The position numbers were made by a program, and so were the translations under genes. The notes below the pieces were generated by a model that was not told the origin of the DNA, did not search any database, and was given only the letters and a program-made list of their open reading frames with translations. From contig NC_090345.1 in NCBI RefSeq assembly GCF_035084215.1, positions 33,666,001-33,730,000 on the forward strand: DNA of 64,000 nucleotides, in the 5' to 3' direction. This document shows positions 39,999 through 53,620 of the stretch, piece after piece. The stretch comes from Heptranchias perlo (taxonomy: Eukaryota). How positions within the stretch are numbered: position 1 is the first letter of the stretch; every line of letters starts with the position of its first letter.

Positions 39999-40136
39999 AA
40001 ATAGCAAAATACTACAGATGCTGGAAATCTGAAATAAAAATCGAAAAGGCTGGAAACAGTCAGCAGGTCAGGCAGCATGTGTAAAGAGAGGAAGATAGGG
40101 TTAACGTTTCAGTTCAAAGACCCTTCATCGGAGCCC
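39999..40136 (-). mobile_element. Second copy of the hammerhead-motif retro-element
   Basis: Reverse complement reads GGGCT-CCGATGA-AGGGTC-TTT-GAACT-GAAA-CG-TT-AACCC, then the same body as 13428-13510. Confidence 0.7.
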
Positions 40137-40811
40137 GTAAACAGGGTTTCCGAAGCACTTCCGACAAAGTAACACTGGCTGAGCAGAAGCAGCTCCGAGG
40201 AATTTCTAGGCCTAAGATACACAGTACTTGGCTTGACACTGGCAGCTAAAAATGACAGAAGTCATTTTTTGCAGTTATAAGTAGTCTGCAAAAAAGATAA
40301 TGCCAAAAACGAGTAAGGCAGCCCAAGAAAGGGACAGAGCGCATAGTTTATTATGTTTCCCATGTTTACAAGGAGACAAATGAGATCAAACCAAGTAAGT
40401 GGAATTTCCTTTGGCTTTTACTCTGTATGCTCACTTGCTGTCTGTGAAATAAAGCAGCTTAACGATTTGTACCTGGCCTCATCTCAACAAATGTTTTAGT
40501 TCACCTTCGATAAGATTTGTAAAGCACACATGATGTATATGTGAAAGACACAATATCTAGTTCAGATCACCCGGGGGTCCTTGGATAATGCTATTGTATA
40601 GTTAAATCTTGGTAATTAGGGGCAGACCCCTAAACGTAAGATGCTCAGATTGCTTACGGGAGTGTTCAATACCACAATACCTGAGACAATATCTAAGGTA
40701 GACCCTAAACTTGGAACACAGTGATACTTTCTCTTTGTTGATGATGCCACCCACCGCAGAGTGGTTCCCATCTGAAAGATAATGGTCGCCAATTTATTGT
40801 AGGCAACTATA

Positions 40812-42276
40812 GGTTAAAAAGGCATATGGGATACTTTCCTTTATTAGCCAAGGCATAGAATATAAGCAGGGAGGTTATGCTAGAATTGAATAAAACGCTA
40901 GTTAAGCCACAGCTTGAGTACTGCGTACAATTCTGGTCACCGCATTACAGGAAAGATGTGATTGCACTAGAGAGGGTACAGAGGAGATTTATGAGGATGT
41001 TGCCAGGACTGGAGAATTTTAGCTACGAGGAAAGATTGAATAGGCTGGGGTTGTTTTCATTGGAACAGGGGAGGTTGAGGGGAGATTTAAATGAGGTGTA
41101 TAAAATTATGAGGGGCCTAGATAGAGGGCCTAGGGGTCAGTGACCAGGGGGCATAGATTTAAAGTAATTGGTAGAAGGACTATAGGGGAGCTGAGAAGAA
41201 TTTTTTTCACCCAGAGGGTGGTAGGGGTCTGGAACTCACTGCCTGAGAGGGTGGTAGAGGCAGAAACCCTCAATTCATTTAAAAAGTACTTGGATGCGCA
41301 CTTGAAGTGCCGTAACCTGCAGGGCTATGGACCAAGGGCTGGAAAGCCATTCACAACCCCTCAAATAATGAAGCAGTCCGAGCCCGCATGCAGCAAGACC
41401 TGGACAACATTCAGGCTTGGGCTCATAAGTGGCAAGTAACATTCGCGCCAGACAAGGGCCATCTTCAACAAGAGAGGGTCTAACCACCTCCCCTTGACAT
41501 TCAACGGCATTACCATCGCTGAATCCCCCACCATCAACATCCTGGGGGTCACCATTGAACAGAAACTTAACTGGACCAGCCATATAAATACTGTGGCTAC
41601 AAGAGCAGGTCAGAGGCTGGGTATTCTGCAGTGAGTGACACACCTCCTGACTCCCCAAAGCCTTTCCACCATCTACAAGGCACAAGTCAGGAGTGTGATG
41701 GAATACTCTCCACTTGCCTGGATAAGTGCAGCTCCAACAACACTCAAGAAGCTCGACACCATCCAGGACAAAGCAGCCCGCTTGATTGGCACCCCATCCA
41801 CCACCCTAAACATTCATACCCTTCACCACCGGTGCACAGTGGCTGCAGTGTGTACCATCCACAGGATGCACTGCAGCAACTCGCCAAGGCTTCTTTGACA
41901 GCACCTCCCAAACCCGTGACCTCTACCACCTAAAAGGACAAGATCAGCAGGGACATGGGAACAACACCACCTGCACGTTCCCCTCCAAGTCACACACCAT
42001 CCCGACTTGGAAATATATCGCCGTTCCTTCATTGTCGCAGCACTGTGGGAGAACCTTCACCACACGGACTGCAGCGGTTCAAGAAGGCAGCTCACCATCA
42101 CCTTCTCAAGGGCAACTAAGGATGGGCAATAAATGCTGGCCTCGCCAGCAATGCCCACATCCCATGAACGAATAAAAATAAAGTGGGATTAAGCTGGATA
42201 TCTCTTTTTTGACCGGCATGGACATGATAGGCCAAATGGCCTCCTTCTGTGCCGTAACTTTCTATGATTCTATGAT
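40812..42276 (+). mobile_element. CR1 LINE 3' part (40812-41346 and 42181-42276), split by a second LINE
   Basis: KTLVKPQLEYCVQFWSPHYRKD...QGYGPRAGK / WD; tail ttctatgattctatga. Confidence 0.9.
41347..42180 (+). mobile_element. CR1/L2-clade LINE 3' part ('HHHLL' family) nested in the CR1
   Basis: STIYKAQVRSVMEYSPLAWISAAPTTLKKLDTIQDKAARLI; A-rich tail. Confidence 0.88.
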
Positions 42277-43303
42277 GCCATAGATAGAATTGGACAGTGG
42301 GTGGACAAATGAGAAGATCAATTCAACAATTCTATCCAGAAACAGTAGCTGTATGTTACTCTCCTCTACTTTATAAACAAAATTATTCAGCTGCTCACCT
42401 TGGTGACAATAGACAAGCTTTTCTCGGAAAATAAATAACAGTATAAATAGTTAGAAAAGCTGGTGGAAGACCATTCAACTCTGTCACCTGCAGCTACTTT
42501 AAAGTCCTTCAAATCCTCTGCCTATCTTTTTCTTGCTTCAAGACTCTGTGGAATCCAAATTTAAGTGGATCAGTGAACTAGACGAGGAAGATAAAATTGT
42601 CGTCTTTAACAGTCGAGAGGTGAGCCTGATAGTCAGTCTTCTATGAGGGTGTGATCTGAATACAACCACAAGAACTGCCAGCATGTAAGTCTGACATCTG
42701 TGTCTGTGCCAGGAACACTGGCGCTACTGCAGCTGCACCTCCACATTCTGTATTAATCCAAGACCCAGTATACAAGCAGTGGTGGTTCACATAGCACCTG
42801 TTCTGCCACTGAACCCCTCTCCCAGCAGCATCGTCGCCTTTTATGCAGAAGTTCAAACGCAGAATGAACCATCACTTGTTGAACCAGGGTTATTAAAACA
42901 TACACTAAGCTTCACTCGTTTGTTTTTTATCCCTGTATAGCTTCTCCGACTCCTCTTGGCTACCACCAACCTGCCCACAGTAACCACCAGGTTCAAATTT
43001 GATTTTTAAAGTTAGCCAGGGGTGTGAAACTGATCGCCATGTTTAAGAGTCTCCAAACCAAGCTACTGAGTTCCTGGGGGTGATTTTCGTCTGCTGAAAA
43101 ATGGGGCAGCAGGTGGACACGATTTTTTTTTAAAAACCTACCACCCACTCACCACCCGAGGCCTGCCTGACTCGCTTTTCGAGTGGGCCTCGAAATGAGC
43201 AGCCAGTGTTCCCGCCCGAAACAGGCGGGACCCTTATTACAATACTTAAATCAGGGTCCTATGCCGGGTGTAGGATCTAATGCAATTTTCAGGTACCAAT
43301 GAG

Positions 43304-43830
43304 CAACAACAACAACTTGCATTTATATAGCACCTTTAATGTAGTAAAACGCTCCATGGCACTTCACAGGAGAGTAATCAGGCATAAATTAACACCGAGC
43401 CAAAGAAGGAGATATTTGGACAGGCTTGGTCAAAGAGGTAAGTTTTAAGGAGCATCATAAAGGAGGGGAGGCTGGCGGAGAGGTTTAGGGAGGAAATTCC
43501 AGAACTTAGGATCTAGGCAGATGAAGGCACAGCCGCCAATGGTGGGGTGAAGGAAGTGAAGAATGCACAAGAGGCCAGAGTTGGAGAAACACAGAGTTCT
43601 CGGAGGGTTCTGGGTCTGGAGGAGATTACAGAGCTAGGGAGGGGTGAGGCCATGGATGGGATTTGAACACAAGGATGAGAATTTTTAAATCAAAGCATTG
43701 ATGGATTGGGAGCCAATCTGGGTCAGTGAACACAGGGGCGATGGGTGAACAGGACTTGGTGTGAGTTAGAATATGGGCTGCAGTGTTTTGGATAACTATA
43801 CGGAGGGTGGAAGTTGGGAGGCTGGCCAGG
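43304..43830 (-). mobile_element. L2 LINE 3' fragment
   Basis: IQNTAAHILTHTKSCSPIAPVFTDPDWLPIHQCFDLKILILVFK; tail (aac)n-ttgcatttatatagcacc. Confidence 0.85.
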
Positions 43831-46303
43831 GCAGAGGTGTGCCGCACACACTCAGCCCATTGGCACTGGACGTAGACCTCCCAACCGCTGGTCCTTTAAG
43901 GGACTGCTGGAAGCTGCTCTGGAAACATTGCTGGTAAGTTTTCAAAATGATTTTTGTGCAGCCAGGAGAAGGATGAATGCTCTTCCTGGTCCCACAAAAA
44001 TATTCTGGCTTGCTGCCGGCCCTTCCATGTCCCCCACCTCTGGGATTTTCTCCCCCCCCCCCCCACTTTAAGTGGACACTACCAATGTGGTTGGTGAAGA
44101 ATCCAACAGATTTCTTGCCCCCACCCCCCGAGGCAGCGATATGCCAGTCAGCACTCATTGAGCACTGGCAGCATTCAAATGAGGCCCAACCACCTGCACC
44201 ATCAATGGAATCGGCCCCTCTGTATTTTTGAAACATGGGCCTGGAAATTCCTGGGGCCTCGCTCCACTGGAACACGATTCATTTCCCCCGAAATCAGAGG
44301 AGCCTGACCCCAACAGAAGTTCCAGAGTCAGCTAATTTAACTAATGGTGGTGGGACAAAGGCTGGAGTCCAGTCAGCAGAGGCGCCAAATACACCAGGGG
44401 AGCCCGGATAATTTGGGAAAATGGCTGGAGGTAACAGCTGGAGAAAACAGTGAGCTTCTAACTTTTCGAAGGCTGGTGTGGGAGCATTGCTGGCCCAAAT
44501 TACAGAATGGAGGGAGGTCATTGTTGGAGTAACAATAGAGGACGTAGATGTGGAAGTGGATCCTGATGTAGTTGAGTGGAGGAGCAAGATATGTCCTTCC
44601 CTGGCTGCAGAGCAAATGGCTGATGATATCATGTGTCCTGCCATAAAGAAAAAGATGCTAGCAGAGCATCAGACATATACAGAAGCTCTGCCTGACCTCT
44701 CCCAGGATGTGCAGCAAAGGCTAGTATAGTGGTGGAGTTCACTGCCCTGTTGTACACCAGCATCTGAGGAGGTTTCAACTCATTACAGGACGGCCTACAG
44801 AAAGGAGCAGCTGAAAACCCTCCCCTCCTTCATGAGAGATCCAAACTAGTCAGTCAACTCAATGCAGAGGCACAGAATGAAGGATTACCGGTCTTGGGGG
44901 ATCATCTAGAGAGGTCATTGTCTACCAGATTACAACGTATGCAGAGCAGCATCACAGAGGGACTAAAGAATATTCTAATGACTCTCTTCCAGCCATTTAA
45001 GGATCTTTCTGATTCCATGAGGTCTGTTCTCCCACTGATCGCTGGTAACCTTAATCCTGTTCCCAGTATCAGTACCAATCGGGAAGTTGGTGTGTGTGCT
45101 GCAAAGGCTGTGATCCTCACAGCAGCAGCACAGAGGAGCACCTGATCAGCACTTTGCAGAAGCCTTCATCTTTGTTAGACCAGGCTGCCAAAGAGCCAAT
45201 GATAAAGAGCCAACCTTTTTCATATCCATCCCAGGACTTGGAGATTCTGACAGAAGGACAATCTCCATCCCAAGAGGCTCATAATATGTTGCATCAGTCG
45301 TCTACATCTCAGACTCCAAGCCCTCATGTGGCACATAGCAGCGTTAGAATAGGGCAGTGCAAAACTGCCACTGGGAAGGCGGGTTCTTCCTCAATGTACC
45401 CTGAAACTGAACGGAATTTATGCCAAGCGCTTCTCCAGTGGAGCCCCAGCATGAAGCGGTCCCTTCAGAAATTTCTCACTTCACAAAGGAGCAAATCCCG
45501 AATTACGCCCTCCCCCAGCCCAAGAATTTGCAGCTCTGTCATGTCAGAGCTATAAAACATGACAGTGGGAGTGCTGCAATTCAATCCATACATAAAGTCA
45601 AAACTGCGCCAGCAAAACACCAACAATTGACTCATTAAACAATCTATTTCAATATAGATGGAGTCGAGTCAACTACTTGCACATCAGTGTCAAGATGCAG
45701 CTGTTATGTCCAAGCTGCAAAAACACCAGTGGGTGGATTGCAAGTGCATTCCAATTCACAACATAAAGTCAACATTACATGTCAAAACAGCAGCAATTCA
45801 CTCTCCTAAAAATATATTTTGAAGTAAAAGCAGGCTGCATCAAATCAAGAACTCAGAACAAGCTACCAGACCCAACCGTAGAATTTATTTTCACAAATCT
45901 GGGGAACAAAAATCATTGCTGTGTGACATAGTTGATATTGAAAGAGACTAACAGTTTCAGTGCATCAGTTGCCTGGCACTGCAATGTATTTATTGATGTC
46001 AGGCCTGTCATATGAATATTATTGCACATACATTTTGTACTGTTCATTACTACCAGTGCCTTTGAAACTGCTAGATGACTGGGTGAGAATCTAGCAGAAA
46101 CTGGCTTCCCAAGGGTTAATAATTTTCAAGGAATCAGTGCACCTCAAAAACACAATAAGATTTCAATTTTGTTTAAGATATTGTGCAGTAAATGTTTGAC
46201 TGATGTGGAACTGTTATCTTTAATCTTCTTTGTTACAGAAACGAACTGGCCTCATGCACTGGAAAATAGTGGCCTCCCATTATTTATGGGATATAAAATG
46301 TAC

Positions 46304-46478
46304 CTGCAGTCTATGCCGTTCCTCTATATCCACAGGTTTACCAGCACCCATGCTGTCTGTGAACCAGGAGATATCAAGCACCTTAATCTTGTCTGCATTT
46401 GGCAGCTTCTGGTTTTGAATCCAGTCCCAAATCTCATTCCAGGAATTATTCTCTGTCACAATATGTGTGACTGAATCA
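46304..46478 (-). CDS. DNTT: TdT exon 2 (BRCT C-half), 175 nt
   Basis: Not in the ORF track; translated by hand: (S)DSVTHIVTENNSWNEIWDWIQNQKLPNADKIKVLDISWFTDSMGAGKPVDIEERHRLQ. Acceptor ttctttctatag, donor gtacat. Confidence 0.96.
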
Positions 46479-47473
46479 CTATAGAAAGAAAAGAGTAACA
46501 GTTAGAATATTATGGTTATCTTTTTTAATTGGTGATGTTCAGTAAGTGGCATTACATCTCTGCAAGTTATTGAGGTAATCCTTCAAAGTAAAATGTACAG
46601 TGTCTTATGACTGGAGTTAAAGTTACTGAGGCATCACAACCACTAAGAATACCTGCCCTGGAGTCTGCACTCTGCACACAAGTCGTGAATCTAATTAAGA
46701 TACAGCTCTGTTATGTCAGAACTGCAAAAAATGATTGGGTATGTTGCAATGTAATTCTCAGCAAAAACCCAAAACATCGACAATTGACTTTTTAAAAAAA
46801 TCATTCAAATTAGACAGACATGTATGCAGAGTCAAATCAACTAGTTGGACAATGAATTACCAGGGGAAATGCAGAAAAATGGCAGGCCAAGATTAAAGGT
46901 TAAAACTCTATAAATTTAGCTTCTTGTACGTCAGGCTGAACTGTGCGGCACCACAACTTAATTTTAGTCATTCAAACACTATCAGACAGGAAACAGAATA
47001 GGGGTGTTTATTTTCAGTCTTCACATGTAATCCAAATTACCATTATTGATGCAGACCATACTGACTTTCTCTTTACACGATAATACTAGCCCATCTTCCT
47101 TCACATTTCTCTCAGAAAGAAGTGAAAGTCTCTGTCTGTAACTGTCTCTCTGCTTGTCTTCCATTCTTCCTGCCTCCCTCTTTCTCACACACTTTCTCTT
47201 ATTGTCATCAATGAATATCTCTATTTGTCTTAAAGCTTTCTTTGGTATTCTTCACCCTCTCCCAAATACTTGCTGCACATTTTCATACTTTCCCCCATAT
47301 GTTAGTGTTTCACTTTTTCCTTTGGTATATTTTACTCTTCACTTCCTCAATGGATGTCTTCTTAAAGAAAACTAAAAGCAGTGCCTCAGTCACACCTCCA
47401 AATAGCAGCACAAAATTGATTTTATGAAGACAAAAAAAATGCTGCCAGAAAGATTTGTAAAGATGAATAATAT

Positions 47474-47700
47474 AACAACTTGCATTTATAGAACACTTTT
47501 AACGTAGCAAAACGTCCCAAGGCGCTTCACAGGAGTGTTATCAGACAAAATTTGATACATAAGGAGATATTAGGACAGGTGAGATAGGTTGTAAGGAGTG
47601 TCTTAAAGGAGGTTAGAGAGGCAGAGAGGTTTACGGAGGGAATTCCAGAGCTTGGGGCCTAGGCAGCTGAAGGCATGGCCGTCAATAGTGGAGTGATGAA
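47474..47700 (-). mobile_element. L2 LINE 3' end
   Basis: acaacttgcatttatagaacac...gggaattccagagcttggggcctaggcagctgaagg, similar to 43304-43560. Confidence 0.8.
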
Positions 47701-49365
47701 AAAGTCACAGATCCAAGAAACAGGTGACTGAGCAAAAGCAGCAAATTAGATTTTTCAAAGATAATTACAAAAACAAGTGGATCTCCATTGTCATTGCGCA
47801 GAGGTATGAAAAAAATTCATTCCACACATAAATTTATCATTCCTTACCTACCGGAAGTATTTAAATAGAGAAATGTTAGTGCCTGTCATATATTGTCATT
47901 GCATAAGTAAATACACCACAGTTGCATAAGTAAATATGTGTACATAACATGTTTTAGTTACATAGAAAATTGTTCACTTATCACAGTTGCATAAATAAAA
48001 TGCATTTCTCATCTGCTCCTCGCTCTTATTGCATAATAATTAAAAATAGAATACATGAGCATGGAAAATACATACAATACTGGGATGATGTTCCTAATCC
48101 ACACTGCCAGCGGGGAGCTTTGCCAGCTACAGGACCATGGAGGTTTGGAAGTTCACAGCACAGAAGGAGGCCATTTGGCACATTGTGTCTGTGCCAGCTC
48201 TTTGCTAGAGAAAACCGCACATAGAAGAAAATAAAGTTCCACATGCTTCTGATTTCTTTACATGATCAGCTGGTGAGCTAGATTCCCTGTTGACAGCACC
48301 AATCTTAAAAAATCAGCCCTTCTGTATCATCATGTAAAAATAGAATATATCTCAATAATTAAAAGTCTTGAGTCCAGTACATGTCCCTAGTGTCACACCT
48401 TTTAAAGGCATCACATCTGAAAAATGTCAGGATGTCATACATTCAAAGCGTAACGAATCCAGAGGGCAAAAACATCATGATTGGCTCAAATAACCAGTTT
48501 TCCATTAAGTTACCAAATATCCAGTGAACTAAATGTGAATGAATCACAAGTAGCAATGTACCCGTAAGGAAGAAGAAACAGTCAAATTCCCTCCATTTTG
48601 TTTCAAAGCTACCATTCACGAACCAACCAAACCAACTAATCAAATAGCTCAAACAACTTGTTCAAATTCCTTCAGTGGACATGTTTCTTTTTGAGCCAGC
48701 CAACTATATAAACTTAAAGATACAATTTATAACATAAAAACATCAAAAAAATGCATATGAAAATTATTAAACTTACCCATACTTTGGCTCTGAAATTCTT
48801 CAGGGTCTCCTGCCATAATTTCAGGACACCCGGAGAAATGGCAGAGACCTGATGTAAGTCAGGGAAAAGCCCTGCAGAATTTCAGGAAACTGTCTCCAAA
48901 GTGTTGCAAATCCTTGCAACACTTTCTCCCAGAGATCTATCCTATCTCAGAAGCTTGGGACCTGGCTTTCAGTACTCCCCCAACCTCAGTCACTTAGCTG
49001 GGCATTGCTCTCCATTTTTGATCCTTGGTTGTGGCCTAGACCTCCAACTATGAGAAACCCAAAAACTGTTGAGGATTGAAGCAGTCTTCATTGTAAAGGT
49101 GCCACTTGGGCACTCCGAATGTTTCCCCGAAGGGGGGTGCCTGGCACCTACCCGAGTGGGCCAGCCATCCTTCAGTTTTGGCAGGGGGCATCCCAGCCTT
49201 GCCACCACACCACTGAAGGTTCACTCCTGCAGGCCAGGCCCCCTGACCATGCCAACTTTGGCGGGGTCAGTGGTGGAGTTCTGTGATCTAGGTTAACAGC
49301 CGGGATCATGCCCCCTGTGGATTGCTAGTTGTGCAATTTAGATTTAGTCGAGATTTGGACAAAAT

Positions 49366-51200
49366 GGCCCAGAAATTCAATGGTGCCTGAAAATGGGCAT
49401 GCAGGGGGCAGGGGGCAGGGGGCAGGAGGGAGGGGGCATGCAGCATGCGCCTGTTCATGTAGTCCCAGAGACCACGTAAAATTGGTGCTGGCAGCTCATT
49501 ATGATTCAGGAATGATCCCTGCCCACACTGTTCATTGGCTGTACCACTATTTGGGGCGGTTGGGGGGAGGAGCAGGATATCGGGTGTTTCTGACTTAAAG
49601 GCAACCAGCATCTTTTAAATGGGAGGTGCACTCTGCCTGCAGACACACAAGGAAACTTCAGAGATTGGAAAAAATAGCTGAAACAGGACCAGACGGGGCA
49701 CCCTGGTTCTCCAATGCCGCGTGGGAGTCCCTGGTCCAGGCAGTGGACTGAAGGAGGGAGATCCTGCTCCCCCCAAGGGGGCAGAAAGCCCTCCAGGCAA
49801 AACTTCCGTCGCCAGTAGGGAGAGGTTGCAGAGATGGTCAATGTCAGGAGCTTAGCTCCCAGGATATGGCTGCAATGATGAAAAAAGTTCAATGACCTCA
49901 CCAGAGTTGTCAAGATAAGAATCCTGCTCTCTTACTCTCTGCTCACACCTCCACCACCTCCAGCCTCACTGCTCAAAACATTCCCTTCCCCTGCTTCCCT
50001 TCACTCCTCTACAAGCACTACACCACAATTCACTCCACCTCCTTCTACTCATATTTACACACTCATCACTATTGCAACCCTCACTTCCCCACATCTCACA
50101 TCTTACACACTGCATACCAACTATTCGACCACAACAGGCACATTCTCTAAACATTTCACAAGACTGTCATTTACACACTCCCTTCTCTCTAGCAGGTGAA
50201 GGTCACATACAACTTGTGCTAGGAGGCTGCCACCGGAGTAGCCCGAGCCTACTGCACACCCTGTACCCTCAGGAAGAGAATGTGCTGGCCATCACAGGCA
50301 GGGAAAGTGTCATGGCCATGGCGAGTGGCAATGCTGGAGGAGACAATGTGCAGTGTCTCTTCACACCTTACCGTCTTTTTCCCTTCTCATTTATATCTCA
50401 TCCTACACACTCTGCATGACAAACTGCAGCTCCTTTCACCAGCCACTCATCTCTCTCTGCTTTCCCTTCACAATGAAAGATAACCCTTGTCCTTCCCTAA
50501 CATTTTCGGTGCTGCAAATGTGTGTGCACCTCTGCCACTTCCGTAAGAGGAGGCCAGCTTTCCTGAAAATGCACCGTCACCCAATTTGACCCTAGCAAGC
50601 ACTAGCTCAGAGATTGGCACCACGCATACTTTAGAGGCTAGGCTAGAAGAGAGGTCATCACACAGTGAATCACCAGGCACAAGTGTGTAGGAGCTTGAGC
50701 AGGGGGATAGGACGCCACAGGTGCCAGCTCTCCAAAGGGCGACATCACATACTAGCTGTGCTGCACGGGACTCAGATGCAGCGTTCGAGGGCCCAGGCTA
50801 CCGAAGATGCCTGATGGGCATCTACCAGGAAATGTTAGGTGCACTGGGCAGCCTGCCAGAGAGCTGGTACACAGTGGCTCAGAGCATGAAGGAGTCCAAT
50901 GTCTCAATACCTATATGCAAGTCCAGCGAATGGGACTCAGACAATGGGTCTACAGAACACTGGATGTTCCTTCACAATAGTGCATCCATGCCTGGTGCCC
51001 CACCAGTATGCAAGGGGCATTGTTGCTTGCGTTCAGAGAATTTGCGAAGTATAGAGATAACTGTCGCCAGAGTTTAGCTGGAATATCTCACACGTGGTAG
51101 TCTTGTGAAGTGTTTAAAGAATGTGCCTGTTGTGGTCGAATAGTTGGTGTGAGCAGTGGGGGTTTCTTTGATCATGCCATTTGAGGTTTTATTGGGAATG
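49366..51200 (+). mobile_element. Harbinger-derived element with a multi-exon Myb/SANT-like pseudogene
   Basis: Left end GGCCCAGAAATTC; LVQAVD*RREILLPQGGRKPSRQ...EVAEMVNVRSLAPRIWLQ**KKFNDLTRVVK. Confidence 0.7.
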
Positions 51201-51919
51201 ACATAGATACCAAAGGATTTATGACCAAACAGCTTAGTAAAGAAGAGGTCAAGGCCAGGTAAATAAGAGCAAGCTTTGTTAGATCAGCACAGTCATCTAC
51301 AGGAGTCACTGACAGTGGCCTGAAGTCCCAGGTTTCTCCCATCTGAACAGAATTAGTGGTGGTTTCAGGCAGAGGAAGTGCTGGGTTGGGACCAAGCACA
51401 CTGGAGGCATGCAGGGTGAAGGCAAGTTATGCACCAAATAATTTCATGGATTTGACTATCCAGGCAACCCTGTGAAGTACCAGGTGGATGGGACTGGAGC
51501 TGGCCAACTCCACCCAAGGATTTGGGGAAAGAGAGAGAGAAAGACATGCATCACCACACAGTCTGAATTTGAAAAGGCATTTATCCAGGGACCATTTGCC
51601 CAGTCAGAAAGAGGTTCCCGACGTGGCCAAGAAATACTTCTAGACCATACCTCATTCAGGATGAGGTGCCTTATGTGTCTTACTTGCTCAAAAGAAAGAT
51701 AGAGATCATCACATGATACAGTCAGGTGTCCAGATATTGTGATAGTTGGTAACATAATACTTAATAAATTATAACATTTATAAGAAATTAATTACATTTT
51801 CTATATTAGACAGTTTTCTGAGAATGTTTTCAATTGGAGGTTTGTGTCTATATGTGTAGCCTGAGTCTTGAGTTTATGCAGATTCTTAGCCCCATCACTG
51901 TTAGTTAATAGTCAAACTA

Positions 51920-52200
51920 ACAAGGTACAGCACCAGTATTTTATTCCTCCGACTCAGGTCTCTTTTGCATCTCCCTTCCTTCCACCCTATCATGGACAGC
52001 TATACCTTCAGCCAATAATGCGCTATGTTCTGGAATTACTTCCTTAAATACCCCCACCTCTCTCTCCTTCATTCTGATATCTGACCAAGTTTTTGGACAC
52101 CCCTCCTAATATATCCTTGGTGGCCGTTTCTTTCCCTACGGCTCAATGAAGCACCTTAGGACTTTTTTTTTTAACGGTACTATATAAAAGCAAATTGTTA
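51920..52200 (+). mobile_element. Degenerate L2 3' end
   Basis: ccttcagcc...ctggaattacttcct...aagcaccttaggac...ctatataaaagcaaattgtt. Confidence 0.6.
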
Positions 52201-52929
52201 TATATATATTTAGCATCCACTATAAAAATCTACATCCTAAACTGATGGACAGAAAAGAGTTGCTCCCCCATCTTACATTTAGAGATTTACTTATTTATTT
52301 ACATAAGCATGGTATGCTAGGGAACAAATTTATTTAATTATCTCCCTGCAGTGTGTAAGGAAAATACTATTAATTTTCCATGAACCAATCACAAAATACT
52401 TATTTCACTGTTTCCGAAGAGATCTTTTACAAACTTCTTTCCAAATTCTCTCAGTGGAAATGTGCCTCCTTCTCCCACATCCCAGCATCCCCTCTTGCCA
52501 TGGCAGATCCTTCAACTCACTGAACAACACTATGGAAGAGTTGCTAGCATAAGAAAAAGTTCAAATAAGAATAGTTCTATGCATATACCTTATAATGCTG
52601 CTGCCAATGGCAAACCTGTCTTTGACAGCAGTGTTGTAAGGTAAATAAGATGGCTCTTTTGTTGCTGCCTGAGTGGAGAAACTTACAGATACAGTTGTTT
52701 CTTGTATCGAGGGTGACTAGAACATCAGCAAGTTTCTCAGGTTCTCCGGTGTCGCTGATGATCCTGGTGTGCCAATCCACGGTTTTCTCCCACTGGTCAT
52801 TGTGTAGAGTCAGTGGAGTCAGCCAATGACTATAACAATACATGGTTTTGCAGTTTTCTCAATATCTACTCATGGTTATTTTCAAAGTATGAAATATTAG
52901 CAGCTAGAACAGCACACCATCACAGCCTT

Positions 52930-53620
52930 CCAGTGTCTTCTCCTCTGTCATTGAGGACATTGCACACTTGAGCATGTTTTTGTACTGCTTCTTCTGCACA
53001 TCCCCTGCCCCCCCACCCCCCTGCCAAAGGAACACGTGCCGATTTTTATCTCACAGAAGAACACTTGTTTCACAAGCCCACTGCCTGGCATTTGAATGAT
53101 GTGACTAGTCCAAATGTCGCTTGGATTTGTCAATGCTAGATATATTGGTTATCTTGTGCAGTTGTGTGTATGGAATTTGTCAAGTTCCTTCACAAGGTAC
53201 CTGTAGCATGCCCAAACCTCACAGATAAACAAAAAGTTGAGAACATTTTTGCATTATAGACGTTCAACTAGGTCTTCAAGGTGACAATTTGCAGATTCCA
53301 TACGTGTTCATGTAAACACTCATGTATTGAATTGAGTGTTCAATTCAATACATGAGTATTGAATTGAACACTTCCTTAATACATGCTTGAACTTCCTGAT
53401 CAATGCATGGATCATTAGAGAGAACACTGCTCAAATAGGCTACCTGAGCCACAGCGGTTGGCCTCATACAATAAGAACTGGAATATAAGGTATTCCCAGT
53501 GGCAGCTGCTACCTGATCTCCGTTTTCTTGAGCCAATGGTGAGGCCATGGCTCTTTGCTGCTGCTGAGATTCTGTCAGTGATCAGCTGAATGTCTTCTTT
53601 GGTGCAAGCCTTTCATTCAC
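52930..53620 (-). mobile_element. Highly decayed RTE-like LINE RT fragment
   Basis: YLSSVLSNDPCIDQEVQACIKE, ...HEHVWN..., SHIIQMPGSGLVKQVFFCEIKIG resemble RTE-clade RT C-terminal motifs. Confidence 0.55.
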
